Assembly (NCBI GenBank): GCA_965649295.1
Contig: CBFGKH010000007.1
Coordinates: forward strand, 96,230 to 160,229
From: a candidate division WOR-3 bacterium
GTDB taxonomy: Bacteria > Hydrothermota > Tepidihabitantia > Tepidihabitantales > Tepidihabitantaceae
Length of the DNA stretch: 64,000 nt
Reading direction: 5' to 3'
The notes below the pieces were generated by a model that was given only the letters and a program-made list of their open reading frames with translations, was not told the DNA's origin and ran no database searches. Position numbers and translations under genes: made by a program. Below, piece by piece: positions 18,175-29,200 of the stretch; the stretch's first letter is position 1, and the number at the start of each line of letters is the position of its first letter.

Positions 18175-18915
18175 TCAAATCGGGCTGGGGCGAAAGGAGC
18201 GGAGCAGGAGCGAGGGAAAGTGGGTTTGGACAAAATCGAGGATGACCGGCAGAAGTCGGGATACGATAGCGTCGGCATTGGTGAGTGAGGAGGCCGGAGT
18301 GTGGAGCAGGTGGTCGAGCAGCCCGATTTCGGCTGGGCTGAGGAGAACGCCGGGTTCATCGCCGGCGCAGGCCGGGCAGATGATGCCACCGGCCTCGGCG
18401 GCGAACCATGCCGACTGTTCGCGAATTGGCTGTCGACAGCGCAGGCACTGGCGTAGCCCGGGCCGGAATCCGCCAAAGCTGGCAGCCTTGAGCAGGAACG
18501 AGCCGACCAAGGTGGTGAAGCCGGTCTCGGCCTGCTCAATGACGCCGAGATAGGTGTCGAGCAGGCCGAAGAGTTGGGGATTCTGGTCTTGGGGAGGGGC
18601 AGTGCGCAGGGCAAGTTCGGTAACCTGTTCGGCAGCGAGATACCGTTCTGGTCGGAGTGCGATGCCGGAGTGGGCGTTGACCAGTTCGGCATCGGCAATC
18701 GTGTAGAGGGAGCGGCTTTCGTGCCAGTAGTAGATGATGCGGGAGCGGGCAAAGAGGTCGAGGGCGGCGCCAAACTTGCTTTTGGGCCGGCGCGCGCCTT
18801 TGGCCAGGCCGGTGACCCGGCCATGGTCGGCGGTGAGCAGGGTGACGAGCTTGCTCGATTCCTTGTACTCCTGAACGTGGAGGCAGATGGCGTCGAGGCG
18901 GAGGATGCGGCGCAT
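18175..18915 (-). CDS. recO: DNA repair protein RecO
   Basis: ESSKLVTLLTADHG..AKGARRPKSKFGAALD; CLRC..ICPAC zinc motif. Confidence 0.92.
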   Translation of the reverse strand: MRRILRLDAICLHVQEYKESSKLVTLLTADHGRVTGLAKGARRPKSKFGAALDLFARSRIIYYWHESRSLYTIADAELVNAHSGIALRPERYLAAEQVTELALRTAPPQDQNPQLFGLLDTYLGVIEQAETGFTTLVGSFLLKAASFGGFRPGLRQCLRCRQPIREQSAWFAAEAGGIICPACAGDEPGVLLSPAEIGLLDHLLHTPASSLTNADAIVSRLLPVILDFVQTHFPSLLLRSFRPSPI

Positions 18916-18975
18916 GTCAGGAAGAGACTGAGCAGCGGGCGAGATGCAATCGCAGGACTGAGCCGACAGCGGGCA

Positions 18976-19911
18976 TCAGGCTTCGGAGCGGATTTCGCCG
19001 ACGAGTTCTTCAATCAGGTCTTCGAGTGAGACGATGCCGGTGACACGGTCCTGCTCGTCGGTGACCACGGCCAGGTGCTCGCCGCGCCGCTGAAGCTGAC
19101 GCAGTACTGCCAGAGCGCGGCTCTGGCCGGGTACGCGGGAGATGCGGCGGATGCGATGGGCAGGCGCGGCCAGCAGGTCCTTGACCACGATTACGCCGGT
19201 GATGTTGTCAGGTCGGTCGGTATATACCGGAATGCGGGAGAAACCGTATTCGCTGGTGACGGCCATTATCTCGTTCAGGCCGGCGTCGTGGCGCACCGAC
19301 TTCACTTCCTCAATCGGTATCTGGATTTCGGCGACCGGCATGGCGGAGAAGCGGAACAGCCGTTTGGCAATCTGGGCGGTGCGGGGAGCAGCCGCACCGG
19401 CCCGGCGGCTGAGCGCGGCGACATAGTCTTCGGGTGTGATTGTCGGCTCGCCGCGAGTTGCCGGCCGCGGGCCAAGGAGTCGGCCAATGCCGCTTAGAAC
19501 AAAGACGAGCGGCCAGAAGAGAATTCGCACGGTTCCGAGTGGCAGGGCAGCGCGCCGCAGCCAGCGGTTGGGGAAGGCCTGACCAATGGTCTTGGGCAGG
19601 TATTCGCTGCCGACAAAGGCGGCCGCGACAGCAATCAGCACGGCGATGGGCGCGGCTGCTGGGCCGAAATGGAGGGTGAAGAATCGGGTGAGGAGGATGG
19701 AGAGGAAGTTGTAGGCAAGATTGGTGCCGATGAGAATCGTGACGATTGCCTGGTCCCGCTGGTCGAGCAGGGTCAGGGCAGCGCGGGCGCCGGCCAGGCC
19801 GCGTTCGGCCCAGTTGGTGAGTCGAATCCAGTTGGCGCGGTAGAGCGAGGCCTCGGTGGCGCAGAAAAACGCGCCGGCACCAATCAGGAAGAGGGCGGCA
19901 ATTGGTTCCAT
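18976..19911 (-). CDS. CNNM (DUF21) + CBS domain protein
   Basis: AFFCATEAS, ILIGTN, SEYLPK, GFSRIPVY, GIVSLEDLIEELVGEI. Confidence 0.85.
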   Translation of the reverse strand: MEPIAALFLIGAGAFFCATEASLYRANWIRLTNWAERGLAGARAALTLLDQRDQAIVTILIGTNLAYNFLSILLTRFFTLHFGPAAAPIAVLIAVAAAFVGSEYLPKTIGQAFPNRWLRRAALPLGTVRILFWPLVFVLSGIGRLLGPRPATRGEPTITPEDYVAALSRRAGAAAPRTAQIAKRLFRFSAMPVAEIQIPIEEVKSVRHDAGLNEIMAVTSEYGFSRIPVYTDRPDNITGVIVVKDLLAAPAHRIRRISRVPGQSRALAVLRQLQRRGEHLAVVTDEQDRVTGIVSLEDLIEELVGEIRSEA

Positions 19912-19914
19912 TGG

Positions 19915-21162
19915 CTAGTCGGCGTCGGGCTGGGAGCAGACCACGACTTTTTCGAGCTTGGTGCCGTCGGTTTCGCGGACGGTTATTTCGATCTGGCCAT
20001 GCCGGATGCGGTCGCCGGGAACCGGCAGCCGGCCCAACCGTTCGTGGATGAATGACGACAGGCGTTCGTGGTCAATGTTGCGGAAGGCGTTGGCAAAGAG
20101 CCGGTTGAGCGTGGCTAGGTCAATCTCGCCGTCAACGAGATAGCAGCCGTTCTCGACTTTGGAATAGGGCAGTTCTTCGGCCAGGTCGTATTCGTCGGTA
20201 ATCTCGCCGAAGACGGCTTCGAGCAGGTCTTCGAGAGTGACCAGCCCGGCAGTCTGGCCGAACTCGTCAACGACGATGGCGATGTGGGAGCCGCGGCGCC
20301 GTAGCTCGTCAAGGAGCTGCGGCAAGGGCTTGACCTCGGGCACAAAATAGGGTGGCCGGGCAATGGCTGAGACCGGGGTCTGCTCGTCGGTTGCAGCCAG
20401 CAGTTCCCGGACATGAATCGTACCGGTAATGCGGTCAACCGTCTCGCGATAGACTGGCAGGCGCGAGAATCCGGCCCGCCGACAGATGGCCGTCGCCTCA
20501 GCCACGGTTGTCGTTTCCGGCACCGCGACAATGTCAATACGTGGGGTCATCACTTCCGAGACAGTCCGGCGGTCGAGGTCAATCAGGTTGCGCAGCACCT
20601 CATCTTCGGTGCCCTGGAGGATGCCTTGGTTGCGGCCAAGCTCAACCATCGTGTGGAGCTCGTCGTCGGTGAGGGCATCGGGTTCAGGCCGGCGCGGAGC
20701 CAGGCGCCGGGCAAGACCGGCGACGAGTAGCACTGCTGGCCGCAGGACAAATCCGACGGCTGGTAGCGCCTGGGCCGAAACCAGCGCAAAGCGGGTCGGT
20801 ATGCGACTGGCAATGACTTTGGGCGTGACCTCGCTCAGCACCAGGACCAGCGCGGTCTCAACTATGCCGCCCAAGCCAATGATTAGTGCCTCGCTTCCGC
20901 CGGTGCGTCGAACAATGCCGAGCAGAACAATCGTGACCAGCGCGGCGATGACCATGTTGACTATCAGATTGCCGAGCAGAATCGTGCCGAGCAGCCGGCC
21001 CGGGTCACGCAGTAGCGACTCGATGCGGCGGCTCGTACCCGGATGGGTGGTGCGGAGTTTCTCGCGCTGGCCGGGCGTGAGCGAGAAGAGGGCGGTCTCG
21101 GAGCCGGAGAAGAAAGCTGAGCAGAGTAGGAGCAGGACGATGGCGAGAGCCGCGAAGAACAT
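19915..21162 (-). CDS. CNNM/CBS/CorC hemolysin-family transporter
   Basis: [39 protein letters not shown], CorC tail. Confidence 0.9.
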   Translation of the reverse strand: MFFAALAIVLLLLCSAFFSGSETALFSLTPGQREKLRTTHPGTSRRIESLLRDPGRLLGTILLGNLIVNMVIAALVTIVLLGIVRRTGGSEALIIGLGGIVETALVLVLSEVTPKVIASRIPTRFALVSAQALPAVGFVLRPAVLLVAGLARRLAPRRPEPDALTDDELHTMVELGRNQGILQGTEDEVLRNLIDLDRRTVSEVMTPRIDIVAVPETTTVAEATAICRRAGFSRLPVYRETVDRITGTIHVRELLAATDEQTPVSAIARPPYFVPEVKPLPQLLDELRRRGSHIAIVVDEFGQTAGLVTLEDLLEAVFGEITDEYDLAEELPYSKVENGCYLVDGEIDLATLNRLFANAFRNIDHERLSSFIHERLGRLPVPGDRIRHGQIEITVRETDGTKLEKVVVCSQPDAD

Positions 21163-21219
21163 TGGCTAGCAGCGGGCAGCGGGTTTGGCGATAGCCGGTT
21201 TCATCGCTGTCGAGCCGAA

Positions 21220-21624
21220 CTAGTCGCGGCCGAGAAAGCGGCGGTAAAACGGCTCCATCTGGCGGTGAGTCAGGCCGAGCAGATGGAGAACGCCGTGCAG
21301 GATGAGTCGCTGCAGTTCATCGTGATAGCCGACACCGTAGCGGCGGGCCTGCTGGCGGGCAGTATCTCGGGAGACATAGACTTCACCAAGCGGAAGTGAT
21401 GGTTGTCGGTTGGGGACTAGTGGCTGAAGCTTGAATGACAGGACATCGGTGGGCCGGTCGCGGCGGCGATAGCGGCGGTTCAGGTCTTGAATATAGCGGT
21501 CGTTTACGAAGATGACCGAAACCGCGATAGCCGGTGATTTGAACTCGCGGTCGAGCTGCCGAACCAGCCGCCGAGTGGCCGCCAGCAGGCGCTGGTCACG
21601 GGTGCCAAATACCATTACTCTCAT
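21220..21624 (-). CDS. ybeY: rRNA maturation endoribonuclease YbeY
   Basis: LNRRYRRRDRPTDVLSF, LGEVYVS, HGVLHLLGLTH. Confidence 0.92.
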   Translation of the reverse strand: MRVMVFGTRDQRLLAATRRLVRQLDREFKSPAIAVSVIFVNDRYIQDLNRRYRRRDRPTDVLSFKLQPLVPNRQPSLPLGEVYVSRDTARQQARRYGVGYHDELQRLILHGVLHLLGLTHRQMEPFYRRFLGRD

Positions 21625-21690
21625 TGCTCAGTCAACACCAGTCCTGCTTCATACCTAGCCACCAGCATTAGACACCCGAGACTCTTCCTT

Positions 21691-21726
21691 TGTCATCCCG
21701 AGGAGCGCAGCGCCGAGGGATCGCCT
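21691..21726 (+). repeat. REP-like GTCATCCCGAG palindromic repeat
   Basis: tgtcatcccgaggagcgcagcgccgagggatcgcct; inverted copy at 15571-15606. Confidence 0.75.
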
Positions 21727-21801
21727 ATCCGTCGCCTCACATCGGCCCAGCATGGCATTCACTGCAACAGCTAGCCCGGTACTGCCTTCTATCATCAGGG
21801 C

Positions 21802-22797
21802 CTATTCGCGTGCAGCACTCGTCCCGTTGGTTCGGTCATAGGCCTTGATGATGCGCGAGACCAGCGGTGGCCTGACCACGTCGGCGTCGGTTAGCTGGAT
21901 AATGGCGATGCCCGGCACATTGGCCAGGCGCTCGCTTGCGTCAATCAGGCCGGAGACGTGGTGGCTGGCGAGGTCAATTTGAGTCACGTCGCCGGTAACA
22001 ATTGCCTTGGAATTCCAGCCCAGCCGGGTGAGAAACATCCGCATCTGGGTTGAGGTCGTGTTCTGGGCTTCGTCGAGGATGATATAGGCGTCGGAAAGAG
22101 TCCGGCCACGCATGAACGCCAGCGGCGCGACCTCGATGACCTCCTGTTCAATCAGACGCTGGGTGCGTTCCAGGGGCATCATGTCAAAGAGGGCGTCATA
22201 GAGCGGACGCAGGTAGGGGTCAACCTTCTCTTTGAACGAGCCGGGCAGATAGCCAAGCGATTCGCCGGCTTCGACTGCTGGCCGGGTGAGGATGATGCGG
22301 CTGCAGCGGCCAGAAGTGAGCGAGGCGAGGGCGGCTGCCACTGCCAAATAGGTCTTGCCGGTGCCAGCCGGACCAATAGCAAAGATGATGTCGTTGTCGG
22401 TCATCGCCGCGAGGTAGGCTCGCTGGTTGCGTGTCTTGGGGACTATCGTCTTGCGCGGAGTCTTGAGCGCCAATGCTTCGGATTCGGTCGGCTGGGCACT
22501 GCCGCCAGACCGCTGACTGCGCAACAGTCGCGAGGCAAGGGCGTCAATGAACTCCGGTGACACTGGCTCGCCGTTGCGGCAGCGAGTGATAATAGTGTTG
22601 ATGGTCTCCAGCAGGGCAGCCTCTTCCTCTTTTGGGCCGGAGAGATTGAGGCAGCCGGCGCGGGCGACGATACGGGTGCGGAAGTGACGGCTGAGCGCGT
22701 GGAGATTGGCGTCTGCCGGCCCAAGCAGGATTAGCGGGTCAATATCCTCAACCGTTATCGAATGGACGCAGTTATCAGACTGGGATGGCTCTTTCAT
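21802..22797 (-). CDS. phoH: PhoH family ATPase
   Basis: GPAGTGKTYLA, RPAVEAGE, APLAFMRGRT, LDEAQN, GDVTQID. Confidence 0.95.
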   Translation of the reverse strand: MKEPSQSDNCVHSITVEDIDPLILLGPADANLHALSRHFRTRIVARAGCLNLSGPKEEEAALLETINTIITRCRNGEPVSPEFIDALASRLLRSQRSGGSAQPTESEALALKTPRKTIVPKTRNQRAYLAAMTDNDIIFAIGPAGTGKTYLAVAAALASLTSGRCSRIILTRPAVEAGESLGYLPGSFKEKVDPYLRPLYDALFDMMPLERTQRLIEQEVIEVAPLAFMRGRTLSDAYIILDEAQNTTSTQMRMFLTRLGWNSKAIVTGDVTQIDLASHHVSGLIDASERLANVPGIAIIQLTDADVVRPPLVSRIIKAYDRTNGTSAARE

Positions 22798-23038
22798 TGT
22801 CGGGAATATGGGAACCTGGGCAGCGGTAGGCTGCCTTGTGCCGGACTGGTCTTGTGTCCAACTGCAATCGTATTTTATCCCTGACGGCTCAGACGGTCAA
22901 GCAAGATGAGGTCAGCGGGTCTGCTCGGCAATCTCTTGTACGCGGACGACACTTGGAACGATGATCGATTCGCGGCGTGCGACTGCGGTCTTCGCCATCC
23001 GGACGCTAACCTCAGCTATCTGCCTGAAGTGACGCGAC

Positions 23039-23067
23039 TTGACACAGGCTGTCGCGGATGGTATCAT
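23039..23067 (+). promoter_or_regulatory. sigma70-type promoter for the giant secreted protein gene
   Basis: TTGACA-N17-TATCAT. Confidence 0.6.
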
Positions 23068-23201
23068 TACTACGGTCTAATGCGGCCCAAGGAAAGGGTT
23101 ACAGAAAGAAAAGCCGCGGTCTCACAGAGGCTGCGCTATGCAATCAGCAAAGCAAGCGGGGAGACTAGAGCCCCGATTTGATTGTCAGCACGGGAGGTAA
23201 A

Positions 23202-26200
23202 ATGCTGAGACAGTTCCATTCTGCCAGAATCGCCCTCGCGGTTGTGCTGCTGCTAGGAGCAGCCGTACCGGCTTGGGCCATAACCGTAACCAGCACCGGC
23301 AGCGGAAACTGGGGTGCGGCAATCTGGACGCCCAGCCCACCGGCTTTCGGAGACGATGTCATCATCGCTGCCGGCCACACGGTTACTCTCAACGTCAATC
23401 CACCAGACCTTGGCAGTCTCACAGTCAATGGCACTCTGCAGCGACCCAGCGATGCCAGCAACTACCAGCTCTATGTTTTGGGTAACATCACAGTTGCTGT
23501 TGGTGGTTCAATTAACTTCTCGGCTGGAACCGGGGTTGTCACCGTGACCTGCGATGGGTCGGTGACAAACAACAGCGCCTCGGCCAGTGCACTGAATCTC
23601 ACTCGCTGCCCGCTGACTGTTGGCGGCACTTTGAATAACAATGCTGGTACGATTACCACGACGACTGGCAACGTTACTGTTACCGGTCTTTACACGAATG
23701 CCAGCGGAGCGACTCACAACCATACCGGCGCCGGCGTAGTGCAGTTCAACGGCGGTTTCACTAACTCCGGGATTTACGCACACTCCGGCACCGGCGCGCT
23801 GACAATCGGTGGCACCGGCCTGAATAATGCGGTTGCCGGTGCCTCCTTCACATGCGCGGCTGCTAGTCTGACAATCAATGGCGGGTTGCAGAACAGCGCC
23901 AATACCTGCACCTACAGCGCAGCTGGTCCATTCAACATCACTGGCAATGTGACGAACTCCGGTACTTTTACCATTTCCGGTGCCGCGAACGTCACCGTTG
24001 ACCCAAACTTCACCAACACTGGGACGGTGAATTTCTCCTACAATCCGGGTGCGGCGGCAAGCTGTTCGCTCTATGTTGTCGGCGACCTGAACAACAATGC
24101 CGGGTCGTTCACGCTGAACCACCACGGTCTGCGAGTGGGCGGCAACTTGACCAATGGCGGCACGTTCACCAAGGCCGGTACCAATAACTTTATCCGGCCG
24201 ATGCGGGTGCTGGGCAAGCTGGTGAACAACTCCAAGTTCTACGTCACTACCACCAGCACGATCTACAATCTCTATGTCGGCGACACCCTGCGTAATGAGG
24301 ACTCGATCAACGTCGCCGGTGCGACCACCCGGAATGACACAGTTGGTTCGCTCGTAAACAACAAGTCTATTGTCTATGGTGCTCAGGGACTGGTTGTCTG
24401 GCGTGAGGCCGGCGAGGCTAACTTCGCTAACAGCGTTGCGACCAGTCGCTTCAACCGCACCGGCAACGGTCTGACCGAGGTTAAGGACAACCACACCAAC
24501 GCCGGTCTTGATACGATTCAGGGAACCGGTGCCTTCACAGTTGGTGGTGTCTTGAACAACAGCGGCCGATTCCGTGCCACCAACACCGGTGCCTACACCG
24601 CTGATGTCAACGCGGGGCAGCTCATCAATTCCAATAGTTTCGTACTGGCTGGCACCCATGGCCTAAATGTCACTGGTAATGTGACGAATGCCGGTACCTT
24701 TTCGAGAAGCGCCGGCACCAATGCTCGGCCGATCCGTGTTGGCGGCGACTGGAGCAACGCCGGTGGCAGCAGTCTCTATGTGCTCGCGACCAACACCGCC
24801 TCGCGGTTTGTCGTGCTCGGTACCTTGACTAACAACGCCGACACGATGCACATCACCGGTGCGGGTTCGACTTACTACGATACCATCGGCACGCTGGTGA
24901 ATAACCGCGTTTTGAACTATGTGGCGGCCAATCTGCAGGTGAACAACAATTTCACCAATGGTACTGGCACCGCTGGTCGGTTCCGGCACACTGGTGGCGG
25001 CGCCATTCGTGTGACCGGTAACCTAACAAACAATGATACGCTCCTGTTCACGGCAACGAGCGGCCGACTCGTCGTACTCGGGACCCGGACCAACAACGAC
25101 TATGACACTCTGGTAGGCGCCAATAACCGCTGGGACACAGCCGGAACCTTGGTGAACAACGGCCGGATTGTCTACAATTTCCAGCAACTGCAGGTGCTGG
25201 ACGGTGGGTTCACCAACAACGCTGGCTGCACCTACCTGCGTCTGGGAGGAACAAACACGACCAACATGACCCGGGTGGACGGTGACCTGACTAACCATGG
25301 CGACCTGCTGTTCCGGTCGGCTGCCGGCGGTCGGTTTGTCGTGCTTGGCACGTTCACCAACTCTGCCACCGGTTACGACTCGATGGTCGGAGCCGGTCAG
25401 TGGGACACAGTTGGCGTGCTTGTGAACAACAACCGCATCGTCTATGGCAATCAGTGGTTGCAAGTGCTGACCAGTTTCACCAATGCCGGCGTTTACCAGC
25501 GACTGGCAACGACGAACCTTACCCGGGTTGGCGATGCTGCTCAGGGCACCGGCGATGTGCTGAACAACGGCAAGCTACTGTTCAACATCAATGCCGGTCG
25601 GTTCTGCGCGTTCGGCACAGTGACGAATAACGACTCAATCTACGTCAACGGAGTCACTACGAGCACGGATACGTTTGGCAACCTCATCAATAACAAGAAT
25701 CTCATCTACACAAATCAGAGCATCTGGGTTAGGGGCGACTTTACGAACAACGCACCTGATGGTGTGCACAAGCGCACCGCTCCCGCCGCAGCGACGATGC
25801 TGGTCGAGGGCAACCTGACCAACCATCGCATTCTTGACCTGTCCAATATGACGAGCTGGCTGCGGGTGCGCGGCACACTGACGAACAACGACTCGCTCTG
25901 CCACACCGCCAACGTGACCGACAGCGTGACGACGCGATTTGTCAACGGACCGTCCGCGCGGGCGTGGCTGCCACTGGCCAATCTTTGGACCGGGCCGAAC
26001 GGTGATATGGAGAACCACGGGCTGTTCTGGAAGAACACCGGCTCGGTGATTGTGGGCGATACTTACATCAATACTGGAATTGACTCGATTCGTGGCAGCA
26101 CGACTCGCAACGTTGGTACGCTGGTCAACAGTGGTACCATCTGTCAGCGAGTCAACGCCGCCACAACTTTCACGGTAAGCGGTAACTGCCAGAACAGCGG

Positions 26201-29200
26201 TTTCTTTGACAACCGCGGCTCCCAGCTTGCGCTGACGGTCGGTGGTGACTTCACCAATACCGGCATCTACCGCGACTCGGCTCAGTGTGTGCTGACGGTT
26301 GGCGGGCACCTCAATAACGGGCCGACTGGCGTGATTGACAAGTATCCAACGTCGCTGGGTACATACTGGCACCGCCGTAACTTCAACGGCAGCGTAACGA
26401 ACCAGAACTCGACGCCGGGCGCGTTTGACCTGACCTGGGCTTATGTCTATTTCGGCGGTAACAACCCGGGAACAGTAACAAGCGTGACCGAGCTGGTCTG
26501 TGACTCGGTTCGCGTAGAGAAAGGCGATGCAGCCACAACTCTGACGTTCAACAACACCGGGCTGCGGATTCCAGTGAACAACCTGACCATCGCCCGGGGT
26601 ACGATGATAATGAACGGTGGCAGTCTCTGGGTGGACAACTCCGGCGCGAACGTCGGCCGTGTACAGGGTCTGCAAGGTGCCGGGTTGACAATGCAGGGCC
26701 GGCTGCAGATTCAAGGAGGCTGCCAGGCCGACATCCGCTGGCTCGATCAGAAGAACTTAACCGGTGTGAGCCGGTTCGTCGTTGATGGGGCCGGAACGGT
26801 CGTCAACATAGACAGCATCCATGAGTTGAATGCTCTTTCGCCTTTGCCAGCACCGGTCTGCAGTATTCTCGGTGGTGCAGTGCACTACAAGGGTTCCGGT
26901 ACCGTCGCCAATAGTTCACTCTACATCATTCAGAACGGAACCGAAGGCGGTGGCTGGTATGCGACCGGTGGCGATGTTTACTTCTACGGCAACATCTACT
27001 GTACCGGTCCGACTAACTTTGTCGCTGGGTCAGGAGCAGCGCTTCACTTTGTTGGCAACAAGAGTTCGACCGTCACCATGACGACGGGGCCGATTATCGG
27101 TGTCACAAACTGGAGTCTTGGCACGTTGCTGGTCGAGAAACAATCTCCCCAGAATCTCTTTTTGACCTCAACTGCCTCGCTTGGTGACAACTATGTGCAG
27201 ACAGCGGATGTTTATGTCATATTCGGTGCAACGCTGAGTCTTGGCGGCACATTCTCGTCTTCAGCCTATGGTTACCGGATCAATGGCAGCATCCAGAACG
27301 ACGGGGTCATATCCATCGGTGGGACTCCGAACTATGGCATCTACGTCAGCGGCAACTGGATCGGCATCGGCTCTTATACGCACGGCCAGCGGCCGGTAAC
27401 TTTTGATGGCCCGGGCAATGCTACCCTGAACGTCGGAGCAAGTTCGCCGTTCTACAATCTGACCGTGACTAAGCCAAGTGGCAGTCTTACGCTTGGTTCG
27501 AACCTGCAGGTTCATAATCAACTCCAGGTGACCAATGGCACCCTGAACCTGGCCAGCAAGACGCTGACATTGGGCACCAATAGTGCTGCGGGCCAGGTTG
27601 TTGTTAGTGGCGCAAACAGTATCTTTTCGGCAGTCGGTCAGCCAGGCGCAACGATCACAGCGCAGAGCGCTTCCTACCCTTACGCTTTCAGTGTTCAGAG
27701 TGGTGGCCGGATTGCTGCGAGCTACGCGACTTTCAACCGGATGAATGCGAATGGTATCAACATTCCGGGTGGAGCTTTTGTTGACCCGCCCTATTTCCAA
27801 AACTGCACTTTCCAGAACGGTGCGGCGGCGCCGAGCGCGATGCTGACCATCGAGAACAACCAGACTCTCGACAACATGCGCTATCTCAACTTCGATGGCA
27901 GCGGTGACAAGAATATCCGCAAAACCCTGAACCAGGGCTATATTCGGGTGCGCGGCGGTTCGGGTTTGCGCTGGGGTGAGTCCTATGAACAGGATCCGAA
28001 CAACCTGATTGACTGGGGCGGCGAGCACGACGTGCGTGTCTCTCACATCATCGTACCGGCCGGCTCGCTCGATTCCGGAGTCTTGATTGCACCGCGTTGC
28101 TCGGTTGAGAACCTTGGACTGGTGACCGAGCCGTCCTACCAGGTGCGGATGAAGATCGGTTCGTTCTACGATGAGATGGTAACGGTGACGAACCACGAGG
28201 CGGACACAAGGCAGGAAGTCGTGTTCCCGGCGCGGTCAGACTGGCCGCGTGGCTTTGGGTACGCGGTTAGCTGCTCGACTCGACTGACCGGCGACCAGTT
28301 CCCGAGTAACGACCGGATGACCGGTACAGTTGATGTTCACGTCCATGATGCAGCGGCTGAGGCGTTCGGACTACCGGCCAACGGCGGCTCAATACTGCCC
28401 GGCACGGTTCTCAATCCGACCGGCGTAGTCCGAAACACCAGCTTCAGCAACGTGCCGACCGACATTCCAGCGACGCTGGTGTTTGGAACCGGACCGACGC
28501 CTTACAGCGGCTCTGGTACGGCAACCAATGTTGCGGTTGGCGCGACTGCGACAGTGAACTTCGAGGCAACACCACCGTTGGCAGCCGGCTATTACACGAT
28601 GACCTTGAGCACTGCTCACGTTCCGGATGTCGTGCCCGAAAACAACACGCTCAGCGGTGAGTTTTTGGTGATGGCGGCGGCGAGTGGCCTCAGTCCGGAC
28701 AATGACTCGTTCAACTACCGCAATATCGCACTTTCCTGGAGTCCGGTTGCGCAGGCTGACTCATATCGGGTTGAAGTTGACAACAACAGCGACTTCGCCT
28801 CGCCGGAGTTCGTTGCCAGCGGCATCACAAGTACGGGTGTGACGACCAGCGCGCTCCTCGACGGCCACTACTACTGGCGGGTCTGTGGTGTCGGTCACAA
28901 TATCCTTGGGCCGTGGGCCAGCAGCCAGTTTGACCTTGATGCGACGCCACCGGTAGCGCCAACGCTTGTTCAGCCGGCGCCCGGCGCAACGAATGTCAGT
29001 CGAATTCCGACGTTCGAGTGGACGGAGGTGACGTTCAAGTCCAAGGACCGGCTGGCAACGACCCAGCCATTGGGTACCGATCTTGTCGTGCACTACGACC
29101 TGACCCTGGCGCGCGATCCGGCATTCAGCGACATCGTGTTCAGCGTTCAGACCAGCGGACTTACTTATGTTTGCCCGGTGCAGCTTGATTACGCAACCGA

